From an uncultured bacterium (GTDB lineage Bacteria; Patescibacteriota; JACMRA01): a stretch of 64,000 nucleotides of DNA. Below are positions 49,396-59,517 of this stretch, piece after piece (within the stretch, counting starts at the first letter, position 1; each line of letters opens with the position of its first letter). Made by a program: the position numbers and the translations under genes. The notes below the pieces were generated by a model that worked only from the letters and a program-made list of their open reading frames with translations, ran no database searches and had not been told where the DNA came from. Location of the stretch: positions 192,001 through 256,000 of the forward strand of contig OY969926.1 in NCBI GenBank assembly GCA_963704645.1, in the 5' to 3' direction.

Positions 49396-50826
49396 TTAGC
49401 TCTCCCAACCACCGCTAAAACTGCCTGCCTTATCTGTTCTTTCATAACCGTGCTGACCAAAGTAATCACGCTGGGCTTGAATTAAATTGTGTCCACTTTT
49501 ACTGTATAATAAAGCTTTTAGGTAATTAATACTTGATGTAAATACAGGATTGCTTACAAAAATATTTTGCTGATTAAACATTTTTTCTAAGTTAATACTT
49601 GCAAGTAAATTTGAGTGTAGAGCGTCTTGTAAAAGCTGTTTATTATTAAGAAGATTGGGAATTTCCTGCAGCCATTTGCTTCTAATTATGCATCCACCCT
49701 GCCAAATTCTAAGTACTTCTTCAATATTAATTCCCCAAGAATATTCTTTTTCTGCAGCTATAATTAAGTCTATACCTTGCAAATAGCTTGTTAAGAAAAT
49801 GGTTTCCAAGTAAACTTTCAATTCATCAACTTCCAAGTTAAAAGCTGTTTCTGCCACATCTTCCTGTATTATTTCCACATCAAAATTATACGGGTGATTG
49901 CTTTGAATTCTAGCATTTAAAGCTTCAAAAATATTTGGTACAGCCACGCCAAGTTCCAAAGCTGCTTCTACAGTCCATTTCCCTGTTCCCTTAGCTCCAC
50001 TTTTAGGAATTATAAGATCAACTAAACTTGTTTTTGAGTGATATTTGGCTTTAAGAACTTCGGTAGAAATTTCCAAAAGAAAACTAGAGTTAAAACCAGT
50101 GTTTAATTGATTAAAAATACCAGATATTTCTTCATTTGGTAATTGTGTTTGTTTTAAAATAGAATAAACTTCAGCAATTCCTTGCATTATTGCGTATTCA
50201 ATACCATTATGAACCATTTTTACAAAGTGTCCTGCTGGGTTTTTACCCAAATAAGCAACGCAGGGATTTCCGTCAAAATCTTTAGCTGCAATTTTTTCAA
50301 GTATTGGAAGAATTAAATTTGCACTTTCTTCGTTACCACCAAGCATTATACTTGGCCCAGTTAAAGCACCTTCAGCCCCTCCGCTTATACCACAACCTAG
50401 GAAGTGAATAATTTTTTCAGAAATAATTGGCTCGTCACCGTCTGCAAAATCTAGGGAATCTTCTAAAATAATTTCTCTTGTAATTGTATCTTGCCAGTTT
50501 GAATTACCCGCATCTATAACAATGTCGTTATTTGATAGAAGTGGATTTAGTTCAGCTAAAAGTTCGTCTACAGGGTCACCGCTTTTTACTAAAAGAATAA
50601 TTTTTCTTGGCATTTCCAAACTTTCAACAAATTTTTCTAAGCTTTTAAACCCAATTAAATTTTTAGAATTTTCCAACCCATCTATTTTTTTAGATAAATT
50701 CAAAAGGTCTTGAGTACGCTGATAAGTTCTATTGAATACAGAAATTGTGAAGCCATTATTAGCTATGTTTCTTGCTAAATTACCACCCATTGTTGAAAGC
50801 CCAATTAAGCCAATATTGTTTAACAT
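49396..50826 (-). CDS. gnd: NADP-dependent 6-phosphogluconate dehydrogenase
   Basis: IGLIGLSTMG, FNRT, ISGGAEGA, GHFVKMVHNGIEY, KGTGKW, GCIIRS, QAQRDYFG. Confidence 0.96.
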   Translation of the reverse strand: MLNNIGLIGLSTMGGNLARNIANNGFTISVFNRTYQRTQDLLNLSKKIDGLENSKNLIGFKSLEKFVESLEMPRKIILLVKSGDPVDELLAELNPLLSNNDIVIDAGNSNWQDTITREIILEDSLDFADGDEPIISEKIIHFLGCGISGGAEGALTGPSIMLGGNEESANLILPILEKIAAKDFDGNPCVAYLGKNPAGHFVKMVHNGIEYAIMQGIAEVYSILKQTQLPNEEISGIFNQLNTGFNSSFLLEISTEVLKAKYHSKTSLVDLIIPKSGAKGTGKWTVEAALELGVAVPNIFEALNARIQSNHPYNFDVEIIQEDVAETAFNLEVDELKVYLETIFLTSYLQGIDLIIAAEKEYSWGINIEEVLRIWQGGCIIRSKWLQEIPNLLNNKQLLQDALHSNLLASINLEKMFNQQNIFVSNPVFTSSINYLKALLYSKSGHNLIQAQRDYFGQHGYERTDKAGSFSGGWES

Positions 50827-50920
50827 AGTATTATTTTATGATTTCAATTTGTAACTACATAGCTTATTTGTCAATGTTAATTGCGCATAAAAAAACTGAC
50901 CAATTTGGCCAGAATTAAGA

Positions 50921-51361
50921 TTATTCAAAATTGTTAGGATACACCTTTTTAAATTCCTCAAAAAGTTCCAATAGATTTTGGCTAGCAGAAAAATATACTA
51001 AAAACTGTGTTTTACCAACAATATCCACATACGAACTGTAGCATGGGTAGTTAGCAAGTAATTCATCTAATAAATTGTAAACAACAAACTGAATATTAAA
51101 GTATTCTGCAGCATTACTATTCGCCAAAATTATACCATGAGGAGAGGGCTCGCCCATAAAAAAATCTGACTTGGCAATTAATGCCTCTGTTAAAATATAA
51201 CTTGGAGACCTAACGGTGCCAGATGCGACAAGACTTAACTCATCCACTACTTGCTGAAAGGTTTGGAATATTATAACCTCGTAATTAGAGATCCCCAATT
51301 TACCAATCTCAATTCTAAGATCAGTTATAAGCTTGGAAGAAACAACCCAAATCATCTCCAT
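50921..51361 (-). CDS. Hypothetical protein, possible degenerate receiver domain
   Basis: NYEVIIFQTFQQVVDEL...PSYILTE...HGIILA...QFVVY pattern; own TTGACT promoter and terminator. Confidence 0.55.
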   Translation of the reverse strand: MEMIWVVSSKLITDLRIEIGKLGISNYEVIIFQTFQQVVDELSLVASGTVRSPSYILTEALIAKSDFFMGEPSPHGIILANSNAAEYFNIQFVVYNLLDELLANYPCYSSYVDIVGKTQFLVYFSASQNLLELFEEFKKVYPNNFE

Positions 51362-51429
51362 AATTGCAACCTAAAGGAACAATTTACTCCATATATACCT
51401 AAATTCAACTTAAGTCAAGCTGCTTTATT

Positions 51430-51831
51430 CTACTGAATATTAGATGTATCCATCCAGAAGGCTTCCCATAAATGGCCGTCTAAATCTTGAAAAGATCTTG
51501 TGTACATAAAACCTTTGTCATCTGCAGGGTTATATTCGGTAGCACCTAAACTTACTGCCTTATTAACAATATCATCAACTTCATGCTTTAAATTAAAGGA
51601 AATGGCATTTATTACTTCAATTTTATTAGGTTCAGAAATATCTTTGTCTGCTATAAAAGTTTTAAAGAAAGGTTTAACCAGCAACATTACAAAAATGTTA
51701 GGCGCTACTATCATGCAAGTTGCATTTTCGTCTGTAAATTGTGGGTTAAAAGTAAAACCAAGTTCTGTAAAAAATTGAATAGTCTTTTGCAAATCTTGCA
51801 CGTGTAAGTTAACGAAAATGTTGGTAGGCAT
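51430..51831 (-). CDS. VOC/glyoxalase family protein
   Basis: IFVNLHVQDL, FNPQFTDENATCM, FMYTRSFQDLDGHLWE. Confidence 0.9.
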   Translation of the reverse strand: MPTNIFVNLHVQDLQKTIQFFTELGFTFNPQFTDENATCMIVAPNIFVMLLVKPFFKTFIADKDISEPNKIEVINAISFNLKHEVDDIVNKAVSLGATEYNPADDKGFMYTRSFQDLDGHLWEAFWMDTSNIQ

Positions 51832-51943
51832 AATTTTTAATTAGAGTATAATTTGTTTATTTTATAATGTATATTGGAATAAAAACACGTGTTTTAAATT
51901 TTTTTTGTGGTTTATAATTAATTTATAGTAGCTGATTCAAAAC

Positions 51944-52387
51944 CTATTCAGCCGCTTTTTCTAAATCGGCAATGATAATTTTATGCATTTTAAGTAAAGC
52001 TTGCATTACTGCTGTAGATTTTGATGAATCTGGGTTAGACATTAGTTTGCCCAGCACATTTGGCACAATCTGCCATGAAAGCCCGTACTTGTCTTTTAAC
52101 CAACCGCATTGGCTTTCTTCACCTCCGTCTGCTGTAAAGCTTTCCCAATAATAATCTATTTCTTCCTGAGTTCCTACAGCCACAAAAAAGGATATTGCTT
52201 CCGTAAATTTGAATTGTGGCCCAGCGTTTAAAGCAAAAAACTGTTGACCCTCAAGCTCGAACACACTCATCATTGGGCCTGAATTAATAACCTTAGAATT
52301 TTTGAAAACTGTTGTGTAAAACTTAGTTGCTTCTTCGGCTTGATTGTTGAACCACAAAAATGGAGTGATAGTTGGAGATATAGTCAT
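51944..52387 (-). CDS. VOC family protein (PhnB / 3-demethylubiquinone-9 methyltransferase-like)
   Basis: ITPFLWFNNQAEEA, LNAGPQFKFTEAISF, QCGWLKDKYGLSWQIVP. Confidence 0.92.
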   Translation of the reverse strand: MTISPTITPFLWFNNQAEEATKFYTTVFKNSKVINSGPMMSVFELEGQQFFALNAGPQFKFTEAISFFVAVGTQEEIDYYWESFTADGGEESQCGWLKDKYGLSWQIVPNVLGKLMSNPDSSKSTAVMQALLKMHKIIIADLEKAAE

Positions 52388-52439
52388 ATTTTCAAGTTGA
52401 TTAGGAAATCTAGAGTTTTGTGGTTTGTTATAAGAAAGT

Positions 52440-52856
52440 TTAAGTCTCGGTCTCTACGTAATTTTTAAAGTTATCTAAAATGCTTTGCCATCCAGATTGT
52501 TGTAGTTCTACAGAATTTTCATCTTCAGTTTCAAAAGTTTCAGCAACTTCAACTTGGCCATCAACTTCTTGAAAAGATACAGAAACTTTTCTACCATCTC
52601 CTAATTCATAACTAACTCTAGAAGGTTCATTTATTTCTAGGTATTTTCCCTCAAAATTGAAACCCGCAGAACCGTCTTTAGCCGCCATAGCATAAGTGAA
52701 TTTACCACCAACTTCTAAATTATTTTCTGCTGAGGTACATTCCCAATCTTGGGAAGCAAAATTCCAGTTTACAACATGCTTTGGATTGTTCCAGCATTCC
52801 CACACTTTAGAAATTGGAGTAGATATTTTGGTGTGTACAGTAATTGATGTAAGCAT
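52440..52856 (-). CDS. SRPBCC/AHSA1-like protein
   Basis: KVWECWNNPKHVVNWNFASQDW, MAAKDGSAGF, QQSGWQSILDNFK. Confidence 0.9.
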   Translation of the reverse strand: MLTSITVHTKISTPISKVWECWNNPKHVVNWNFASQDWECTSAENNLEVGGKFTYAMAAKDGSAGFNFEGKYLEINEPSRVSYELGDGRKVSVSFQEVDGQVEVAETFETEDENSVELQQSGWQSILDNFKNYVETET

Positions 52857-52900
52857 AAATTGTATAAGTTTAGTGTTTTTATTTGCTTTAGTTTAGAATT

Positions 52901-53392
52901 TTACCTCCATGTTGCTAATATTATTCCACTAATTGTAAGAAATAGAATTTGATAGGAAGCGTCAATTAAAAATAACCTTAAGCTCTTTCTTTGATACAAA
53001 TAATTAATTCCAATAGAAGTAGCTGCGAAGAATATACCGTAGAATAAGCCTTTTGAAGCTCCTACTTGCCAGTTAAGTTCGTGATGAGCGGCATATTCCT
53101 GAAGTGTTAATGCCAAAGCGAAAGACATTAAAAGCATTAGAAATAAACTACCACCGTAAACAACAGCTGCATTATCATCTGCATTTTTGGAAGAAACAGC
53201 ATTATTATTACCCTTGTCTGAGTTGCTATTATTTGAAGACGGACGTCCATCATCACCTATGCCTGTATCTTCTTGCCATGGCTTTGCAAATAAAGCCGGA
53301 CTGTACCATAAAGCACCTATTGCGAAACTAACCAACCCTGCCAATATAATTGCTCCATAGTTTAATGTTGATAAATTAATGTCTGGAGTCAT
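52901..53392 (-). CDS. DUF1761 family membrane protein
   Basis: IGALWYSPALFAKPW, NYLYQRKSLRLFLIDASY. Confidence 0.85.
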   Translation of the reverse strand: MTPDINLSTLNYGAIILAGLVSFAIGALWYSPALFAKPWQEDTGIGDDGRPSSNNSNSDKGNNNAVSSKNADDNAAVVYGGSLFLMLLMSFALALTLQEYAAHHELNWQVGASKGLFYGIFFAATSIGINYLYQRKSLRLFLIDASYQILFLTISGIILATWR

Positions 53393-53546
53393 ATGAAAAA
53401 AATATTAAAATTATTGAAATTGAAGCTAGTTACTGCCTAAGGAAAGCTTAAACTCATAAAAACCTGTTTTTGTCAATGCTAGAAGCTAAAAGAGCTTAAA
53501 TAAGTTTGCAGAAAGAAAAAATCTTTGGCAGCTTTCAAATACTATA

Positions 53547-55085
53547 ATGATAATTTATTGGCATAAGCACGATTTTAGATTGTTTGATAACCAGGCCTTA
53601 AACACTGCTATAGAACTTGCTAAAACTAACAACACTTTCTTTGTACCAATTTTAGGTATGGAAACCAATTTGGTCGAAAACCCAGAAACCGCTTACGAGC
53701 ATTCCTTGTTCCAACAGTTCGGATATTTCAGTAGTATTATTCCGCTGTATCAAAATTATATTCATCATGGGATTACTCCGGTTTTGTTTAATAATTCGGT
53801 TATAGAGTTACTGGAAAAAATGAAGGGTTTGTGGAAAATTACTCATTTAGTTTCATATCAAGAACACGGAACCAGCGGCACTTGGAAAAGAGACAAGCAA
53901 GTGGCCAAGTTCTGTAAAATAAATAACATTAAATGGGTTGAATTACCACCAAGCAGTATTAAAAGAGGAACTTTAAACCGAGACGAACGAGACAAAATAT
54001 TTAAAAGTTACGTTAATAGCAAAGTTTTGCCAGTTCCAAAGTTTGAGGCGGAGTCTCAAGTCAACACAAGCCCTATCGACGAAGCTTTTAGTGTTAGTAA
54101 TTCCATCATATTCGCTGAGTTTTCTAAGAAAAAGCTTGAAATTCAAAACCAATTTAGTCTGGCTGAAGTTTCGGAAAAAGAGGCATTACAAACATTGCAG
54201 AGCTTCACTAAAACTCGGTCAAAGTATTATAGGGGAGGTATTTCCAGCCCAAATTCTGCTTTAATTCACGGTTCAAGATTGTCTCAGTTTTTAACTTTCG
54301 GAAGTTTATCATTACGGTTTGTATACCATTATTTTTGGAAGGAAATTAAACAAAGTAACGATTCCAAAATTCGTTCTGGTATTTTAGCAGCTATTCAAAG
54401 ATTGCACTGGCGGGAGCATTTTATTCAAAGGCTGGAGACAGAAGCTAGCATGCCAGATAAAGCTATAAACAAAGATTTTAACGAAATTATTTATAGTAAT
54501 AGCCCAGAATTCTTTGAAAAATTTAAAACAGGAAACACAGGGGAAGTTTTAGTAGACGCTTGCATTAGATGTTTATTAAAAACAGGTTTTGTTAATTTCA
54601 GAATGAGAGCCATGTTAATTTCCTACGCCATTTTTGGCCTAGATTTAGACTGGAGACAAGTAGGGCGTTTTCTAGCCACAGTTTTTTTAGATTACGAACC
54701 AGGAATACACTGGAGCCAAGTTCAAATGCAATCGGGAATTACTGGAATTAATGTTATAAGGGTTTATTCTCCGCGCAAGCAACTTTTGGACCAAGACCCA
54801 GAATGTGTATTCGTAAAAAAATGGCTACCAGAACTAGCCGAAATTGACCCTGAAATAATAAAACAATACCCGAAGATTTCTTTATTTGATGTTACTGATG
54901 GGAAGTACCCAAACCCAGCTGTTGATTTTAAGCAAGCTTCTAAGGTTAATAAATTCAAGACTTTTGGGGTTAGGAAGGAATCGAGCAAGGATGTGGCCAA
55001 AGCTGTTTATTTGAAGCATGGCTCTAGGCGAAAGATGAGGAAGGCCAAGGTGGTGGAGAATGGTGAGACTGTGCCTTTGATGTAG
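53547..55085 (+). CDS. Photolyase/cryptochrome family FAD-binding protein
   Basis: WHKHDFRLFDNQAL, SRLSQFLTFG, RLHWREHF, NFRMRAML, FLDYEPGIHWSQVQMQSG, QDPECVFVKKWLPEL. Confidence 0.92.
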   Translation: MIIYWHKHDFRLFDNQALNTAIELAKTNNTFFVPILGMETNLVENPETAYEHSLFQQFGYFSSIIPLYQNYIHHGITPVLFNNSVIELLEKMKGLWKITHLVSYQEHGTSGTWKRDKQVAKFCKINNIKWVELPPSSIKRGTLNRDERDKIFKSYVNSKVLPVPKFEAESQVNTSPIDEAFSVSNSIIFAEFSKKKLEIQNQFSLAEVSEKEALQTLQSFTKTRSKYYRGGISSPNSALIHGSRLSQFLTFGSLSLRFVYHYFWKEIKQSNDSKIRSGILAAIQRLHWREHFIQRLETEASMPDKAINKDFNEIIYSNSPEFFEKFKTGNTGEVLVDACIRCLLKTGFVNFRMRAMLISYAIFGLDLDWRQVGRFLATVFLDYEPGIHWSQVQMQSGITGINVIRVYSPRKQLLDQDPECVFVKKWLPELAEIDPEIIKQYPKISLFDVTDGKYPNPAVDFKQASKVNKFKTFGVRKESSKDVAKAVYLKHGSRRKMRKAKVVENGETVPLM

Positions 55086-55182
55086 TTAGCTTCTAGTTTT
55101 AATTAATCCAGAACATCAAAAGTTATAATTTAATGAAAAAGAACCTAACTATATTTCAAGTTAAGTTCTTTATATTTAGAAG

Positions 55183-55605
55183 TTACAGACTTGCAAACCA
55201 AGTCTCATCAAAACCAGTATGTCTCGTATCATCATAAAAGACTTGGTGACCATTTTCTTCGGCAAAATCAATTAGATCTGAAATTGAGACATCCATCACT
55301 GATGAGGCTCGAATAATTACCTTATCTTCGCCAACAATTTCCCTTAGATCCTGTAAAGTTCCATTCCAACGAAACATGTTTGAACTTTTTTCAGTGCTTC
55401 GATTCCAATATTTATCCCCATCATCTGGAGGGGTAAACAAAACGCCTTCACCAGTATCTAAAATAAGATTATTAGCAGCTAGCAACTTAAACACTTTAGT
55501 TCTATCAAAGTCGAGAGCACTATGAATAGAAACATAGTGTGGCGGGAAAAGAATTAACTTAACAACTTTTCCAGGGGAGTTTAAACCATTATTCATCGTC
55601 TTCAC
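55183..55605 (-). CDS. Hypothetical protein
   Basis: 140-aa ORF with promoter TTGCAT-18-TAGTTT and terminator hairpin at 55136-55172. Confidence 0.6.
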   Translation of the reverse strand: MKTMNNGLNSPGKVVKLILFPPHYVSIHSALDFDRTKVFKLLAANNLILDTGEGVLFTPPDDGDKYWNRSTEKSSNMFRWNGTLQDLREIVGEDKVIIRASSVMDVSISDLIDFAEENGHQVFYDDTRHTGFDETWFASL

Positions 55606-55739
55606 ATTAAATAAATTTACATCAGACTTTTTAAACTATGCATAATTCGTTGTAGTATGCAAGCCTGTGGTTTTGGCTCCCAAATTGAAGTGTTGCTTTA
55701 AATTTAAGATTGTTCCTTTGTGACTAAGGCGGGATGTAT

Positions 55740-56876
55740 TTACCCAGGCAAAATAAAACTACTAAAATTGTCAGCATTCACTACTTCAAAAGTGTGATTT
55801 GGATAACTGGCGGCAAAACTGGTTGGTATTTTGGCTCTTTTACTAGAATTGTATTTAAATTCGAAAGTTTTTAAATCTTCTCCACTTTCTTCTATATAAT
55901 CAACTTCTTGGCCGCTGTAACTCCTCCAAAAATATGTATTTACAAACTTTTGGCCATACTCATTGTTCTTCATTCTCTCTACAACACAAAAATTTTCCCA
56001 CAAAGCCCCAACATCGTTTCTGGTTTCTAAATTATTAAAAGATGATATTAAACTATTTCTAATTCCAAGATCATAAAAGTAAATTTTTCTAGTTTTACCA
56101 ATTTCTTTTCTAGGGTTTTTACTGAAAGCTGACAACCTAAAAATTACAAATGCTTTTTCTAATAACTGAATATATCTAGCTACTGTCTCTTCACTAATTT
56201 TCAGATTTACGGCTAATTCATGATAAGAAACTTCATTACCAACTTGAAAAGCTAACAATCTTAACAACTTTTCTAAAACTTCTGGGTTTCTAATATCCTG
56301 GTAAGTAAACACATCTTGAAATAAATAACTGCTGCTTAATTCGGTTAAAATGTCTTTTTTTTCTGAGTTGCTTTTATCAAATAAGCTGGGATATGTTCCA
56401 TAAACTAAAAATTCTTGAAGATTTTGCATTACGTAAATACTATTTTTGACTTGTTTAATTTCCTGAATAGATAAAGGAAAAAGTCTAAACTCCCATTTTC
56501 TGCCTGTTAGTGGCTCGTTAATTTTATTACTTAACTCAAAACTAGAAGAACCTGTAGCAATAACCTGCACACTTGGTAAATGGTCGTGAATAAGCTTAAG
56601 TGTTTGGCCTATGTTTAAAAACTTCTGAGCTTCGTCGAAAACCACCAATTTATAATCTTGCAAAAGTGATTTTAGTTTTTCTACGCCAGCATTTTCAAAA
56701 AGCAATCTATTTTGCGGATCTTCGAAATCGAAATAAAAACTATTTTCAGGATATTTTTGCAATATATTTTTAACTATGCTAGTTTTACCAGTTCTCCTTG
56801 CCCCATACAAAACCAAAATTCTTCCACCAAAAAGCTTTTCTTCAATATTTTTTTGTACTAAACGGTAAATATACAT
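55740..56876 (-). CDS. AAA+ ATPase with DUF4143 domain
   Basis: GARRTGKT, VFDEAQ, ATGSSS, LTGR, KIYFYDLGIR, GALWENF, YFWR...EVDY...FEFK. Confidence 0.92.
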   Translation of the reverse strand: MYIYRLVQKNIEEKLFGGRILVLYGARRTGKTSIVKNILQKYPENSFYFDFEDPQNRLLFENAGVEKLKSLLQDYKLVVFDEAQKFLNIGQTLKLIHDHLPSVQVIATGSSSFELSNKINEPLTGRKWEFRLFPLSIQEIKQVKNSIYVMQNLQEFLVYGTYPSLFDKSNSEKKDILTELSSSYLFQDVFTYQDIRNPEVLEKLLRLLAFQVGNEVSYHELAVNLKISEETVARYIQLLEKAFVIFRLSAFSKNPRKEIGKTRKIYFYDLGIRNSLISSFNNLETRNDVGALWENFCVVERMKNNEYGQKFVNTYFWRSYSGQEVDYIEESGEDLKTFEFKYNSSKRAKIPTSFAASYPNHTFEVVNADNFSSFILPG

Positions 56877-56989
56877 AAATTTTGCTAATATAATAGTAAT
56901 ATTATGCTTAATTTTGCTATTAGTGTCAATGCTTAGTGGGATTAAAACTATTTATTTCCCTAAATTTATATTAATTTGAGGATTTAGAA

Positions 56990-58651
56990 TTATTTTTCAC
57001 CAAAAATACTGGTGTGGAGTTCCTTAAATATAGTAGATTCTGGATTTGCAGAAATTAACTTACCAATATCACAAATAGATATTTTCTCTAAACTTAAACT
57101 TTTGAGCCATAATTCTCTGGGCTTTGTATGTGGATCTATATCTTTCGCAACAGAGCTTTGCTGTTTTTCAGCTGATTCTTGAATTTTAAGTAAAACCCCT
57201 TCCAACTCTGATTTAAATACATTATTAATCTGAACATTGTGCATAGAAGAATATAATAGCAGTGTTTCAATTGAGTAAATGTAACACTCTAAACATCTTC
57301 TATATAAATATTTAAGAGTAGGATTGATTGAAACTTTATTGTTTAATTCATCAATAGTTGAAAATTCGGCATCCCTGTCTTTTAATGAAAAAGTATTAAA
57401 GTTGCCACTAGTATTTTGTTTTAAGTTATAAAAATTCAAAAAGTTTGGTGTAATTTGAGTATGTCCTTGGCAAGAAATAAATAAGCAGCTTGGAGTTTCT
57501 AACCTAAAAACTTCATTATAAAAAATAGCGTCCTCTTGAGAATCTCTATCCGTTTTACCTTCACACAAAATAACAGTTGGAGAACTTACAAGCCTTGGCT
57601 CTTGAAAATTAAATAGATCTGAAAAACCAGCACCAAGCATTTTAGCCGAAGTGGAAATAGACTTGGCACCCCAAACACCTTCTTCAATGTTACATTGTCC
57701 GTCTTCAATTTGATAGACTTTTTGGCTGGGCTTAAACTTATTTTTTATTTCTTTTGCAGATAGACCTTTATTTTCCTCAAGGTTCTTAAAATCATCATAA
57801 TCATCTTCTACTAATTTGGCTGCTGCGCTAATAATAAACGGGCTATGGGTGGAAATAAAGAATTGTGTTTTAATTCCCTTTTTGTTGTATTCAATAGCTA
57901 TTCGCTTTATCATTTCAGGTATCAATTTCTGATACTCTGGGTGAAGACCTGTTTCAGGTTCTTCTATTAAGATAATTCGCTCAGTTTTCTGGCTTTGTAA
58001 GGGAGGATATAGTAAAGTTAAATAAATACTTACTAGAATTTTGACCCCGTTAGCTAAAGATTTAAGATTAATAACTTGAGTATTTGTTCTAAGCTGGATT
58101 ACTGAAGCTCTACCAAGAGACTTGTAAACATCGACAACTTTATCTGTTTTAAATATTGGCTCATATTCATTTAAAAAATCGATTAAATCATCCTTAATGT
58201 CTTCTTCAATAGAATCAAAATCTAAACTTAAAGTTTGAGTGAGGTGTTGCTGGTTACTTAAAGTGTATACGTGATAATACAAAAGTAATAAATGATAAGG
58301 TTCAGTGGAAATATCATGGTCTGTAGGTTTAATTGTAAAACCATTAGCACTTGTAGCGTCTTTAACGAATGATGTTTCAAACTTTTTTTTCTCAAGTATG
58401 TTGTTCCTGCTGTATTCTAAATCAAAAATAAATTTTGTATTACTACGAAAAATTGATCTAAAATCACCTAAAGATGTAAATATTTCAGATGTAGGCGTGT
58501 GAGTGGTTATACAAATTCTAAAACCTTCAAGCACACTACTTTTTCCACTTCCGTTCTTACCAACAAGGTAATTTACGTTGGTTAAACCTTTAAGTTCTAG
58601 TGGTTCATTTTGAATCGCTTTAAAATTTCTAATTTCAATCCTATCTAACAT
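56990..58651 (-). CDS. ABC-type ATPase plus Toprim-like domain (OLD-family-like nuclease)
   Basis: IRNFKAI, GKNGSGKS, LANG, IEEPETGLHP, STHSPF; C-terminal ILCEG..D, KDRD, CLECY. Confidence 0.75.
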   Translation of the reverse strand: MLDRIEIRNFKAIQNEPLELKGLTNVNYLVGKNGSGKSSVLEGFRICITTHTPTSEIFTSLGDFRSIFRSNTKFIFDLEYSRNNILEKKKFETSFVKDATSANGFTIKPTDHDISTEPYHLLLLYYHVYTLSNQQHLTQTLSLDFDSIEEDIKDDLIDFLNEYEPIFKTDKVVDVYKSLGRASVIQLRTNTQVINLKSLANGVKILVSIYLTLLYPPLQSQKTERIILIEEPETGLHPEYQKLIPEMIKRIAIEYNKKGIKTQFFISTHSPFIISAAAKLVEDDYDDFKNLEENKGLSAKEIKNKFKPSQKVYQIEDGQCNIEEGVWGAKSISTSAKMLGAGFSDLFNFQEPRLVSSPTVILCEGKTDRDSQEDAIFYNEVFRLETPSCLFISCQGHTQITPNFLNFYNLKQNTSGNFNTFSLKDRDAEFSTIDELNNKVSINPTLKYLYRRCLECYIYSIETLLLYSSMHNVQINNVFKSELEGVLLKIQESAEKQQSSVAKDIDPHTKPRELWLKSLSLEKISICDIGKLISANPESTIFKELHTSIFGEK

Positions 58652-58851
58652 AATACACCCAAAAGTTAAGTTTTAGTTGGTTATTGGCAAGAAATAGTTT
58701 CATAGTGTATTCCAAATTATATCTTACAAAACCCCACTCACAATATACCACTCTGTTAACAAAGTAATATATCAACAGCACAGTTTTGTATAAAAACACT
58801 CAAAACCCAGCCCACCCTTGCCAAAAACACCAAACAAAAACTACTTGAATT

Positions 58852-59421
58852 ATGAACTCAACAACAAACAAAACCCTTTCCTCCACCGAAGCTATCGAAC
58901 TATTAGGAATTTTAAAAACCCGGTTTGAGGAAAATATGAATAGACATGAAGGTTTACTGTGGGAAGATGTTCAAGTTAAATTGCAAGCTAGCCCTGAAAA
59001 ATTGTGGTCTTTGAAACAAATGGAAGAAACCGGAGGCCAGCCAGATGTGGTTGATTTTGACGAAAAAACTGGTGAATATACTTTTTTCGATTGCAGCAAG
59101 CAAACGCCTATTGGCAGAAGAAGTATATGTTACGACCAAGCAGCTTGGGAATCTAGAAAGACTTTTAAACCAGCCAACAGCGCAATGAATATGGCAGCAG
59201 AGATGGGAATTGAGCTTTTGAACCAAGAGCAATATGAAAAACTACAATCTTTTGGAGAGTTTGATACTAAAACTTCTAGCTGGATTGTAGCCCCAGATAA
59301 AATTAGAAAATTGGGTGGTGGTTTGTTTGCTCATTTTAGGTATGGCCAAATTTTTGTGTACCACAACGGTGTTGAATCTTACTATGCTGAAAGAGGATTT
59401 CGTGGCTTTTTGAAAGTGTAA
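58852..59421 (+). CDS. DUF4256 family protein
   Basis: RFEENMNRH, MEETGGQPDV, RRSICYD, FDTKTSSW, YHNGVESYYAERGFRG. Confidence 0.88.
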   Translation: MNSTTNKTLSSTEAIELLGILKTRFEENMNRHEGLLWEDVQVKLQASPEKLWSLKQMEETGGQPDVVDFDEKTGEYTFFDCSKQTPIGRRSICYDQAAWESRKTFKPANSAMNMAAEMGIELLNQEQYEKLQSFGEFDTKTSSWIVAPDKIRKLGGGLFAHFRYGQIFVYHNGVESYYAERGFRGFLKV

Positions 59422-59517
59422 AATTACGTTTGGAAGCTTTAATATTACCCGTTTTATTTTTTAGTAGTAAGTAATATTGCTTTTGACACAAAAGGTGTAA
59501 ATTACAATTTTAGAAAT

